The notes beneath the pieces were generated by a model, which was not told where the DNA came from, did not search any database, and was given only the letters and a program-made list of their open reading frames with translations. Shown piece by piece: positions 1 to 11,039 of a DNA stretch of 64,000 nucleotides (its first letter is position 1; each line of letters opens with the position of its first letter). Both the position numbers and the translations under genes were made by a program. This DNA comes from Eledone cirrhosa (Eukaryota). Location of the stretch: contig OZ024745.1 in the NCBI GenBank assembly GCA_964016885.1, positions 103,292,001 to 103,356,000 on the forward strand, given 5' to 3'.

Positions 1-1592
1 ATGCACCCAGCCCACTCTGTAAAATGATAGTGCCCGTGTCATGATAGAATACACCCAGGCCACTGTATGAAGTGTTAGTGCCAGTGTCATGATAAAATAC
101 ACCCAGCCCACTCTGTAAAATGATAGTACCCGTGTCATGATAGAATACACCCAGCCCACTGTATAAAGTGTTAGTGCCAGTGTCATGATAAAATGCACCC
201 AGCCCACTCTGTAAAATGATAGTGCCCGTGTCATGATAGAATACACCCAGCCCACTGTATAAAGTGTTAGTGCCCGTGTCATGATAGAATACACCCAGGC
301 CACTCTATGAAGTGTTAGTGCCAGTGTCATGATAAAATGCACCCAGCCCACTCTGTAAAATGATAGTGCCCATGTCATGATAGAATACACCCAGCCCACT
401 GTATAAAGTGTTAGTGCCAGTGTCATGATAAAATGCACCCAGCCCACTCTGTAAAATGATAGTGCCCATGTCATGATAGAATACACCCAGGCCACTCTAT
501 GAAGTGTTAGTGCCAGTGTCATGATAAAATACACCCAGCCCACTCTGTAAAATGATAGTGCTCGTGTCATGATAGAATACACCCAGCCCACTGTATAAAG
601 TGTTAGTGCCAGTGTCATGATAAAATGCACCCAGCCCACTCTGTAAAATGATAGTGCTCGTGTCATGATAGAATACACCCAGCCCACTGTATGAAGTGTT
701 AGTGCCAGTGTCATGGTAAAATGCACCCAGCCCACTCTGTAAAATGATAGTGCCCATGTCATGATAGAATACACCCAGCCCACTGTATGATGTGTTAGTG
801 CCAGTGTCATGGTAAAATGCACCCAGCCCACTCTGTAAAATGATAGTGCTCGTGTCATGATAGAATACACCCAGCCCACTGTATAAAGTGTTAGTGCCAG
901 TGTCATGGTAAAATGCACCCAGCCCACTCTGTAAAATGATAGTGCCCATGTCATGATAGAATACACCCAGCCCACTGTATGATGTGTTAGTGCCAGTGTC
1001 ATGATAAAATGCACCCAGCCCACTCTGTAAAATGATAGTGCCCGTGTCTTGATAGAATACACCCAGGCCACTCTATGAAATGTTAGTGCCAGTGTCATGA
1101 TAAAATGCACCCAGCCCACTCTGTAAAATGATAGTGCTCGTGTCATGATAGAATACACCCAGCCCACTGTATAAAGTGTTAGTGCCAGTGTCATGATAAA
1201 ATGCACCCAGCCCACTCTGTAAAATGATAGTGCTCGTGTCATGATAGAATACACCCAGCCCACTGTATAAAGTGTTAGTGCCAGTGTCATGATAAAATGC
1301 ACCCAGCCCACTCTGTAAAATGATAGTGCTCGTGTCATGATAGAATACACCCAGCCCACTGTATAAAGTGTTAGTGCCAGTGTCATGGTAAAATGCACCC
1401 AGCCCACTCTGTAAAATGATAGTGCCCGTGTCATGATAGAATACACCCAGCCCACTGTATAAAGTGTTAGTGCCAGTGTCATGATAAAATACACCCAGCC
1501 CACTCTGTAAAATGATAGTGCCCATGTCATGATAGAATACACCCAGCCCACTGTATAAAGTGTTAGTGCCAGTGTCATGATAAAATACACCA
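1..1592. repeat. Tandem array of a 48-bp monomer arranged as a 96-bp A/B dimer (about 33 monomers, runs off the window start)
   Basis: Units (a/g)cacccagcccactctgtaaaatgatagtgcccgtgtcatgatagaat and acacccagcccactgtataaagtgttagtgccagtgtcatgataaaat alternate. The ORF track shows the matching 16-aa periodicity. Confidence 0.95.
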
Positions 1593-1785
1593 AGTTCACT
1601 CAATGAAATGGTGGTACTAACGTCAATAAAATACACTCAATAAAGTGGATGGGGTTAGGAAGAAAATCCAGCTGTAGAAACCGTAGCAAACTGGAACATA
1701 TTAGGATATGGTCATTCAACCTGTCTCATCTCAGAACATGACAACCCATCCAACCATTGAAAATGAGCATAAAATGATGATGATG
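1593..1785 (+). mobile_element. Degenerate RTE-LINE 3' UTR and tail continuing from the array
   Basis: gttaggaagaaaatccagctgtagaaacc ... aaaatgatgatgatg matches the 3' UTRs at 24720-24900 and 48020-48193. Confidence 0.75.
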
Positions 1786-1854
1786 TATATTTTATTAAAT
1801 TACCTGGTCCAGCTGACTGCCTCTATCCATGTGTGTGTGTATATGTATGAGACA

Positions 1855-2000
1855 GTGCATGGCTTAGTGGTTAAGGTGTTGGACTTACAATTATAATGTC
1901 ATGGGTTCTATTTCTGACTGTATGTTGTGTTCTTGAACAAACCACTTCATTTTACATTGCTCTAGTATACTCAGCTTAAAATGAGAACCAGCAATAGCTA
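1855..2000 (+). mobile_element. Old tRNA-derived SINE (CORE/MESC-like); related copies at about 35710-35940 (-) and 61830-61965 (-)
   Basis: A-box-like tggcttagtggttaagg, B-box-like ggttctatttc, then a tgtgttcttgaacaaaccactt central domain. The copy at 61830-61965 is better preserved. Confidence 0.6.
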
Positions 2001-2335
2001 GGAGTTTAAACCTGGATTGGACAGTCATTTAATGCCAAGGAAACCAGGATAAGCAACAGCCTAATGAGCTTCCAGGTTTCAGATAATCTTTAAGCTTAGA
2101 TATAAGTGTGTGCATGTGAATGTGTACATATGTGTGCGTATATATATATAATTATGTTGACACACACATAATTGTATATATTACTCACTTGCATCCCAGT
2201 TTATGGAATAAGTTCATTATATTTTTTGTGCCTTATAGGAGGTCACTAAAAGAGTGGCAACATCCTGCCATTAAACTCTGCCTCAAAAAATTTCAATATG
2301 AAAAAGTAAATGTAAAACTGTTGATGAGGATGAAA

Positions 2336-2364
<29 letters not shown>

Positions 2365-2366
<2 letters not shown>

Positions 2367-3128
2367 GAGAGACGTAAAATAAGAAAATTATAAAATTAAC
2401 TTACTTACTAAAAAATCACTTCCAACTAATTAGTTTCTGGAATGGAGTAAATATATTTTCCGAAGAAACTTATAGAAAATCATTCCGTCATCAGGAAAGT
2501 CTTTTTCCGTATAGGTCTCCAGGCATAGCGAGGACACTGGAAACTTATTAAAAAAATAATTCAGTGGAATGGAAATAGCGATGCGTGGACTGGATTCCAA
2601 GCCATTGAGAAAATCACTGCCTCTACGTCCGTGGCAAATTCAAAAAGAATCAATTACGTGACATCGAGGTCAATCAGTGGAAAGCAAGTGGTTATTAAGA
2701 CAGCGGCCAGCTTACTACCATAGTAGCAGTCATGGCCAAATATTGCTCGACAAATGAATTGGAGATAATTATAAGGAATTTATATCTAGTAACATTTATA
2801 TACACACAGATGCATATCAATGCTAGCAAATATATAGGTTTTGTCTTATTAACAATGTGGTTCAATGCATGGGGTTGCAGAACAATAATATGAGAGACGT
2901 AAAATAAGAAAATTATAAAATTAACTTACTTACTCCATTCCAGAAACTAATTAGTTGGAAGTGATTTTTTAGTAAGTAAGTTAATTTTATAATTTTCTTA
3001 TTTTACGTCTCTCATATTATTGTTCTGCAACCCCATGCATTGAACCACATTGTTAATAAGACAAAACCTATATATTTGCTAGCATTGATGTGCATCTGTG
3101 TGTATATAAATGTTACTAGATATAAATT

Positions 3129-3134
<6 letters not shown>
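2365..3134 (-). mobile_element. Hammerhead-bearing non-coding element (Penelope pseudo-LTR or retrozyme-like) with direct and inverted terminal duplications, inside a (TA)n tract
   Basis: Direct repeat gagagacgtaaaataagaaaattataaaattaacttacttact at 2367 and 2892. Inverted arms 2771-2934 and 2971-3134. (TA)n on both flanks. A second partial copy lies at about 56380-56620. Confidence 0.75.
2418..2500 (-). ncRNA. Type I hammerhead ribozyme (HHR-1)
   Basis: Minus strand reads ACUUUC CUGAUGA c-GGAAUG...CAUUCC-a GAAAC UAAUUA GUU^GGAAGU. Stem I is ACUUUC/GGAAGU and stem III is the palindrome ACUAAUUAGU. Confidence 0.8.
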
Positions 3135-3163
<29 letters not shown>

Positions 3164-3166
<3 letters not shown>

Positions 3167-3345
3167 GATGGTGCTTCAAAAGGTTTGTGGGAAAAGGACA
3201 GTTGAAAAAGACGTTTTAAATTATGTTTATTTTTCAATAAATGTTCCATCTAGGCCAATACATTTCTGCAAGCATTGATACCAGCCTTCAAGTCCATCTC
3301 TGTAAAACTGAGGGTTATATGATTTAAACCATGTCAAACCATGTC
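3164..3345 (-). mobile_element. Mariner transposon 3' end fragment
   Basis: Minus strand translates TWFKSYNPQFYRDGLEGWYQCLQKCIGLDGTFIEK*, a typical mariner transposase C-terminus, followed by a terminus at TA. Confidence 0.7.
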
Positions 3346-4465
3346 AGAGAACCCGCCTTCCCATGCATGTGGAATGAAGCAGCATAAAGAAGATGGCAAT
3401 CCACATACCTCCCTCTACCCTAAACCCAATTTATGGAGATTATATATATATATACATGAGTAACAAAATATGAATAAGCTGAGGGGAAAACTGGGCATAA
3501 GAGGCATTGGTTGCAGCATACAGGAGAGAAGACTGTGATGGTATGGACACATGATACATATGAAGGATGACAGCTGCATCAAGAAATGTGGAATACTTGA
3601 AATTAAAAGAACTCTTGGAAGGAGAAGGCCTTGGAAAACGTAGGATGATGTGAAGGTTGAGCTCGAGCAGCTGAATCTCACAGAGGAGATGACCCAGAAT
3701 CAAGAAAGCTAGTGATATTCCATAATACAGAGGACCTGCCTTCCCATGCTTGTAGAATGAAGCAGCATCAAAAAGATGGCAAACCACATACCTCCCTCTC
3801 CCCTAAACCCAAAGAAACAGGGAGTTTATACAAGACTCAGGTACACCCTCACCTCACAATATACTCCTGAACTCGTTGCTAGCCTTCCTTGATTTCCTTC
3901 TCCACCATAAACCTAAAAAAGCAGAGAGATAAAACAACTCTCAAGTCCTTCATAGTCCAACCCATGCTAGCATGTAGAGTTAGGATGAACCTTGACTGTT
4001 TCACCACCACTTTGAACTCTTTCACCCCTAACACTTCCCCAACCCAGGTAAGCCTAGCACCCACTAAAATGACAGACATCACCCACATGCTGCAAACAGC
4101 TTATTAACATCTCTTCTAGGCAATTAATTAAGGGAAATCAAACACACTCCCACATTGACAGAGACCATCCACTTCATGACGCCCTCACCAACAGTGCAAT
4201 GTCTGTACCGAAGCCCCATTCCTTGTCAATGCCTCCTGAGATACTGCTGGTGCCACGGTGAAAAGCACCCAGTCTATCCTGTAAAAGTCACAATAAAATG
4301 CTCCCAGTACACGGTGTAAAATGGTTGGCATTTGGAACAACACCCAGCTGTAGAAACCCAGACAAAACAAAGTATATGAGCAGGACCTAGTCATCTGACT
4401 AGTTAGGCTTAAGCATGTGACAGCTGTCCAACAATGCAAGCATGGAAAATAAACTTTAAAAGGTG
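3345..4465 (+). mobile_element. Degenerate 3' part of an RTE LINE (ORF end plus 3' UTR)
   Basis: Remnant KLGIRGIGCSIQERRL*WYGHMIHMKDDSCIKKC matches the RTE C-terminus at 22830-23100. The 3' UTR motif cacccagctgtagaaacc is present. Confidence 0.7.
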
Positions 4466-4472
4466 ATTTATA

Positions 4473-5021
4473 TCATCATCATCATCATCATCAACGTTTA
4501 ACGTCCGTGTTCCACGCTTGCATGGGTTTGGACGGGGGTAGTCCCACTTGAGGCAAAGAGTGATTGTCTTGCTCGCATAGGACTGTCTGGCAGGTTTTCT
4601 ACAGTTGGATGCCCTTCCTAACACCAACCACATTTACAGTGTGGGTCTGGGAGGTTTTTACCGTGTTGCCTACACGGCCACATTACAGCGTGGACTGTGT
4701 GTTTTTTTGTCGTGACACCTACACGATCTCATTTGTTTCGGCCTCGATGGCGCGGCACCAACATAACTTTACATAGAACGGGGTGGTGTGGATGGGGTGG
4801 GGGTGGTGGGGGTGGGACGGGGTGTATTTTGTTAGAGATGCCTACTAGCTGGAGTAGGTTTTACTATATATTTAGGTAAGGCGGGTCTTCTCTGTTACTG
4901 AGTACCGCCAAAGGTCTCGGTCCAGTGACATTGTCTTGGAGAGGTGTAAGTGTGTGATGTCGGAGTTTATCAGCTTGTCCCAGGTTTTTCTAGGTCTGCC
5001 TATTCCGTGACTACCGTCTAT

Positions 5022-5025
<4 letters not shown>
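4473..5025 (-). mobile_element. 5'-truncated RTE LINE (PHD family) with (GAT)n tail; near-identical copy at 56875-57440 (-)
   Basis: KIDGSHGIGRPRKTWDKLINSDITHLHLSKTMSLDRDLWRYSVTEKTRLT* matches ORF 22899-23099. (tca)n tail at 4473-4493 and TA flanks. Confidence 0.9.
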
Positions 5026-5097
<72 letters not shown>

Positions 5098-5191
5098 GGA
5101 ATATATATAGGTATTACGGTACAGGGTAATTGCATCTGTAGGCGGTATGCGGGTGAGCATTCAATGCTCCTGGAGAGCAGAGTATCAATAA

Positions 5192-5283
5192 ACATATCTG
5201 AGGAGCTTCTGATTCCAGAGTCAGGTTCGATCATTAATAGATAGTTCCTCGAGCTGATCGACAGTGAAACATATGTAATATGT
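5192..5283 (+). ncRNA. Type I hammerhead ribozyme (HHR-2) inside a roughly 250-bp insert (about 5095-5340) in (TA)n
   Basis: ACAUAU CUGAGGA GCU...AGU GAAAC AUAU GUA^AUAUGU. Stem I is ACAUAU/AUAUGU, stem III is the palindrome ACAUAUGU, and stem II is branched. Confidence 0.75.
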
Positions 5284-5339
5284 AATTAAATATGTATATG
5301 ATGAAACACTGATTCTTTGTTCCCTTATATATTAATACC

Positions 5340-5372
<33 letters not shown>

Positions 5373-6132
5373 GTGGGTGAATAAATGGTCGAAGAAGAAG
5401 GGAAGAAGAATTTTGAGGGATTTACTAAAATTGTTATTTCAATTTTAAGAAAGTAACTTATATAGTTCTTCTATTTAGTTAAGCTAGAAGATTTTAATCT
5501 AAATAGTAACCCTTTAAAAGGTCTGGTTTTGTTTCATAAAACTGAGCCAATTTTGGCTAGGTTGGTAATGAGGGGTTAAGGAATATATCTGTATTTCTTA
5601 AATTGGTATGTTCTCTGTCAAGTGTACTATTATGTTATTGTAAGGTTGTAAGTTCTTAATGTTACATTCCATAGGTGTATACATTCAGGACAAATATATA
5701 TGAGCAATGTATTAATTCATGCCTGGCTAATGTACTAATTGTAAAGGAATTTCTTCTTATTTATCCCTGACTGAGCTGTGCTATGATCAAAAATATTCCA
5801 GCCATGACCATCACATCTTTTAACTAGGCACAGTCCATCCAAGACCACATTACCTAATGTATACACCTTTTCTAATATAATAGAGTCTACATTAAATTTA
5901 TAGAGAAAATTCATGAGAGGCAAAATTTCTCTAAAGCAATTACTGAAATAACATATGTTATATGTAACTTTTTTCAACTGCATATATATATATATATATA
6001 TACATACATTATTCAGTTGATGAAAGTTGGTTGATTAAAAATATGTCGACTTTTTCGTAAACAGTTGTGAAGCACTCTACTGTTTGCATTCTTTAGGATT
6101 TTCTCTGTAAGGTATCGTCCGGAGTTTTAGAA

Positions 6133-6248
6133 AATAAATAAGAGAGATGGTTTTATTGATACATCTTCATTTCATTATCTAACTCATTATACGTATAATG
6201 AATTAGATAAATGAAGATGTATGAATAAAACCGTCTCTCTTATTTATT
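6133..6248. repeat. Imperfect palindrome centred on tatacgtata
   Basis: aataaataagagagatggttttattgatacatcttcattt...tatacgtata...aaatgaagatgtatgaataaaaccgtctctcttatttatt. Confidence 0.85.
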
Positions 6249-6470
6249 ATACTAGCGTGGAAGATGGATGTTAAACGATGATGATGATGATGATGAATGC
6301 ATGCATGGAAAAACAGACATAAAAATTGGGTGTGCTAACATGCATGGCTCTGTGGCTAAGATGTATGCTTCACAATTATTAAATTCCAGGTTACATTTTC
6401 CTGTGAGACATCTTGGGCAAGATGATCAATGCGAGGGAAATTTGGTTTATAGAAACTGTGCAGAAACCCA

Positions 6471-6503
<33 letters not shown>

Positions 6504-6508
<5 letters not shown>

Positions 6509-6614
6509 ATATCAAATAAATGGAAACTATATTTATAAACCCTATTTATTCTACTATATATAATAGAATAAATATGGTTTTATAAATATAGTCTCCATTT
6601 ATTTAATATCATTG
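6504..6614. repeat. Imperfect palindrome in a TA-flanked insert (about 6500-6710)
   Basis: caatgatatcaaataaatggaaactatatttataaa...tttataaatatagtctccatttatttaatatcattg. Confidence 0.85.
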
Positions 6615-6706
6615 AATATTATACTCCAGTAAACCTGTTAAGTACTCTGAATGAGTTATAAACATTTATATTTGTTGAATTACCAACAAATTGAATATCC
6701 CTTCTG

Positions 6707-6708
<2 letters not shown>

Positions 6709-6800
<92 letters not shown>
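6709..6800. repeat. (TA)n microsatellite; other long tracts at 5025-5085, 10827-10880, 56329-56379 and 57820-57886
   Basis: Seen directly in the sequence. Confidence 0.95.
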
Positions 6801-6805
<5 letters not shown>

Positions 6806-7526
6806 AACTTATCTTCACTAGAGTTACTGTACTATTTTTAAAATGTTATTCAGTACATGAATATATATTTTAGATGTTATATGTTAAAAGAACCAAATTG
6901 GGGGAGAAAAAGTAATAGTTATTTACCATTTTATTATGAAAATCCTAAGCAGTTAAGTGATTCTGTTCAGTACATGTTTGAAGTATTGTTAATATATCTC
7001 ATGTTTAATTGAGGATGTTGATAGCATTGTTAAATATCTCTTTATTGTGTAGAGTGGTTTATGCTCTAGTTATCTTTGCTCTGTATAATTATAGGACCCA
7101 ATAATGTTTCATGAAAATGCTGGTTGTTGTTGTTGCTTTTTGGCCCTTGGTTGCTTCTGATTAAGCAAACCTATGATCAAAAAACATTCCAGCAGTGCCA
7201 TCTCATTTGTCTTTTTGTTGAGTTTTTTTTTAGTTTGTATGACTACATTGTCCAGTGTCAGCTTTCTGTTAGAGCATGATATCAAAATTTGGTTATAATT
7301 ATTAACAGAATGAGTGACCATAATTTAGAAATTAATTTGTTCAACTTTGTTACACTTGTGGTTACAATTTATTTTTATGGTGCTTGCAAGAATTCTTATA
7401 ATTGTTTTGGGTATATACTTATGTGTATTTGTTAAAAAATTGACAACAGTAATTATTGCTGTCAAATTTTATTAGCAAAACTGTCAGAGAAAGCCTGTTA
7501 TTATATATATATACATATATATATAT

Positions 7527-10500
7527 TCCCCACATCTCCTGAACTCCCGAACTGGAGCCTTGCCACTGGATGTAGTTTAATGTCATACCCAGGACAGTTA
7601 CCCCTTAGTTGTCATGACTCCCAGGTCTGCCCTGACCCGGGGTGGTAGTACCTGTTAGGGCTCCAGTTATGGGTTAAATAACTACCTTACTCGAGTGGCG
7701 CCGGTAAGGTATTGTCAGCCATTGAAAAGAAATATGGAGAGTCGATCTAACAGCACTAGGGTTAGAGCCCCTAATTACACTGTCAAGGATCAGCCTGGTC
7801 GTTATGACTCTGCTGGCTTAGAGCCACAGAGAGGGCCAGTGGATGATGGATCAGCTGTCTCTGAGACAAATATAAAGAATGCAGTTTTGTCCTGCAGAAG
7901 AGCCATCAAAATGGGCACTTTGAATGTGAGGACTATTCGAACGCTGGAGAAGAGAGAGGAGTTGGGACATCTGTTCGAGGAGAGTGGTATACAGATACTT
8001 GCGATCCAAGAACACAGGATTCTACACGATGAGCCCGTGAGGAGTGTGATGATCGGGAGGAAGAGCCAGCTCATCACTACATCGGCAGTGAAGAACACAA
8101 CAAACGCTGCAGTAGGAGGAGTGGGTTTTGTGTTCAGTGCAAAAACCAATCTGTTGGTGAGGGAAATAATGCCTATCTCCCCGCGAGTGTTGAGGGTGAC
8201 CTTCAATGGAAACCCAAGACTGACAGTCATCTCAGCCTATAGTCCAACCGAGGGGGACAGTGATGTGAATGCCGAGGAGTTCCATGAGGAGGTGTGTAGA
8301 GCTGTCAACACCACTCAGGCACACAATATCCTGCTTGTTTTGGGGGACTTCAATGCACATCTGAGTAAGGAGGGCAGTGAAGATCCTTGCTGGTACTTCC
8401 ATAACAACACCAACCGAAATGGAAGACTACTGAGAGACACCCTGCTGGAGGCGAACTTGATGGCGACCAACCTAAGGTTTAGAAAGAATCTGGGGAAGAT
8501 GTGGACCTACATCTCAGATATGCACCTGTCCAAGTCCCAGATTGATTTCATTCTGGTGAGGAAAAAGTGGCGGAATAGTGTTCTGAACACGGAACCATAC
8601 AGCTATTTCAGTACACTGGGTAGTGACCACCGGCTTGTTATGAGTGAGGTCCGCGTGAGCTTAAGAAAGAGCAAGGCTCAGCCCCGGAGAACAATCTATG
8701 ACTGGGGAGCTTTCAGGGAAGATGATAAGCTACAGGAGAGGTTCACAGTGGAAGTGAGAAACAGGTTTAGTGCTCTGTGTGGAGAGTCAGAGGAGAGAGA
8801 GATTGGATGGACTGAGGAGAGTGTGACGAGGAGATATGGGCACTTCACCAATGCAGTGGCGAAAGCAAGTGAAACCCTGGTGCCGAGGAAAAAGAACAAA
8901 GGGAAGCACGTCAGCTCTGCAAACCCAAAAGTGTGTGCAGCCAGAGAACACCTGAAAGCTGCCAGGGACCAATTCTATGCTGATCCTACGGAGGAGAGGA
9001 TGGAGACTGTGGTGGTGATGAGGGAAGAGCTCTGTACCGCTTACACTGAGGTCAGAGAGGAGGCACTGATAGAGAAGATCAGAAGTGTGGAGAGAGCGGT
9101 TGACAGATCTAGATGTAAGGAGAGCTGGATGATCATCAACGAGATCACAGGGAGGAAGAAAAGGTGTTCAAGTCAGATCCAGGGAACGGGGCCCGAGGAT
9201 AGGAAGAGGAAATGGCTAGACCATTTTAGGACCCTACTAGGAGAGCCACCCTCCACAGCCCAGAGCACTGGGGAGATCAGGCGGCTGTTTGAGGAACTGG
9301 ATGTTGAGACAGAGCCCTTCACCAGAGAGGAGCTTCAGAGAGCCAAGAAGATCAAGGAGGGCAAGGCTCATGGAGAGGATGGAGTGGCATCAGAGGTGAT
9401 GAAGAGGTGTGATTTTGATGATATCATCCTGGGGTTCTGTAATGGGGCACTGGAGAAAGGAGTTGCCCCGAATCAGTGGAGGATCAGTAACATCGTCCCA
9501 GTGCCAAAGAAGGGAGATCTCTCTAACACCAACAACTACCGGGGGATCTCACTGACGTCACTTGTGGCAAAGACCCTCAACAGGATGATTCTTAACAGGA
9601 TCCAGCCTGAGATGGAGAAGAAGCTCAGGGACAACCAGAACGGCTTCAGAGAGGGTAGATCAACCACCAGTCACATCCTGATGCTGAGGAGGATATTAGA
9701 GGGAGCTAGAGCAAAGTGCCTTCCTGCGGTCATGGTTTTCATTGACTTTAGGAAGGCCTTTGATTCTGTGGACCGTTACTGCCTGATGAAGATCTTACAG
9801 GCTTATGGAATCCCCAAGAGGATAGTGGACCTGATATCACTGCTCTACACCAACACCAAAGCCCAAGTCATTACACCTGATGGGATGACAGAGTTCTTTG
9901 AGATACTGGCTGGAGTGCTCCAGGGAGATACATTGGCTCCCTACCTTTTTATCATCGTAGTGGACTATTGTATGCGCCTTGCACTGGAGAAACACCAGGA
10001 CTCTGGCTTTACTGTGGCACCGGCTCAGAGCAGGAGAGTTGGGGCGAAAAAGGTATCGGATGCTGAGTTTGCCGACGACATAGTTTTGGTGACAAATACA
10101 GTGAAGGAGGCAGGGGATTTGATGCGGGAGGTTGAGACTGTGTCGATGAGTGTGGGGCTGAGAATGAATGAGACTAAAACAAAATATCTGGTAGAGAATG
10201 TTGAGAAGCCAGAGGGGATCACTAATGTAGGCGGGAAGCCGCTGGAATTGGTTGAGGACTTCCTGTATTTGGGAGCAAAGATTGGGAATACGGAAGATGA
10301 TGTGGTTGAGAGGAAGAGCAAGGCCTGGGCGGCGTGTCACAGCTTGAGATCGGTGTGGAAGTCAGACCTTCGTAGAGACCTGAAAATCCGCCTCTTCATT
10401 GCTGTAGTGGAGTCTGTGCTGCTGTATGGGTCTGAGACTTGGACACTGACCAAGAGACTCACTCAGATGGTGGATGGGTGCTACACGAGAATGCTGAGGA

Positions 10501-10826
10501 TGGCTCTGAACATTAAGCAGTATACACTGAGGATGAAAAACTCAGAGCTGTATGGGAGCATCCCAAAAGTCAGCTCAAAAGTGACACAGAGAAGACTGAG
10601 GTTGGCTGGACATGCTCACCGACATCCAGAGTTGACATTGCACTCAGTGCTCCTTTGGGAGCCCCTACATGGACACACTAGAAGAGGAAGACCAAGGTTA
10701 ACATATGTTGATGCCCTAAGGACAGACACTGGTCTGTTGGAGATGCAGGATATGGCAGCGATAATGAGGAACAGAGACCGCTGGAGAGAACTCGTCCATG
10801 GATCTCGGGAATTTTACCCGCCTTAG
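7527..10826 (+). mobile_element. Apparently full-length RTE-clade non-LTR retrotransposon
   Basis: About 200-bp 5' leader plus a single long ORF, flanked on both sides by (TA)-rich microsatellite. Confidence 0.9.
7695..10826 (+). CDS. RTE-type ORF: apurinic-like endonuclease plus reverse transcriptase (first ATG at 7734)
   Basis: APE motifs [31 protein letters not shown] motifs [48 protein letters not shown]-terminus LLYGSETW...RLRLAGH...RGRP. No internal stops over 1043 codons. Confidence 0.95.
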   Translation: MAPVRYCQPLKRNMESRSNSTRVRAPNYTVKDQPGRYDSAGLEPQRGPVDDGSAVSETNIKNAVLSCRRAIKMGTLNVRTIRTLEKREELGHLFEESGIQILAIQEHRILHDEPVRSVMIGRKSQLITTSAVKNTTNAAVGGVGFVFSAKTNLLVREIMPISPRVLRVTFNGNPRLTVISAYSPTEGDSDVNAEEFHEEVCRAVNTTQAHNILLVLGDFNAHLSKEGSEDPCWYFHNNTNRNGRLLRDTLLEANLMATNLRFRKNLGKMWTYISDMHLSKSQIDFILVRKKWRNSVLNTEPYSYFSTLGSDHRLVMSEVRVSLRKSKAQPRRTIYDWGAFREDDKLQERFTVEVRNRFSALCGESEEREIGWTEESVTRRYGHFTNAVAKASETLVPRKKNKGKHVSSANPKVCAAREHLKAARDQFYADPTEERMETVVVMREELCTAYTEVREEALIEKIRSVERAVDRSRCKESWMIINEITGRKKRCSSQIQGTGPEDRKRKWLDHFRTLLGEPPSTAQSTGEIRRLFEELDVETEPFTREELQRAKKIKEGKAHGEDGVASEVMKRCDFDDIILGFCNGALEKGVAPNQWRISNIVPVPKKGDLSNTNNYRGISLTSLVAKTLNRMILNRIQPEMEKKLRDNQNGFREGRSTTSHILMLRRILEGARAKCLPAVMVFIDFRKAFDSVDRYCLMKILQAYGIPKRIVDLISLLYTNTKAQVITPDGMTEFFEILAGVLQGDTLAPYLFIIVVDYCMRLALEKHQDSGFTVAPAQSRRVGAKKVSDAEFADDIVLVTNTVKEAGDLMREVETVSMSVGLRMNETKTKYLVENVEKPEGITNVGGKPLELVEDFLYLGAKIGNTEDDVVERKSKAWAACHSLRSVWKSDLRRDLKIRLFIAVVESVLLYGSETWTLTKRLTQMVDGCYTRMLRMALNIKQYTLRMKNSELYGSIPKVSSKVTQRRLRLAGHAHRHPELTLHSVLLWEPLHGHTRRGRPRLTYVDALRTDTGLLEMQDMAAIMRNRDRWRELVHGSREFYPP

Positions 10827-10840
10827 ATATATATATATAT

Positions 10841-10928
<88 letters not shown>

Positions 10929-11039
10929 ATATATATATACAGATACATATACATATATATATATATACACATACATATATATATATATATATACATACAT
11001 ATATTTATTTATATATATATACACACATACATATATATA

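Noticed and set aside
1-1636. CRISPR-like array or repetitive protein ORFs (497-949, 1073-1636)
   Set aside because: The units are contiguous with no unique spacers and there are no cas genes. The ORFs are by-products of a 48-bp period and are broken by stops.
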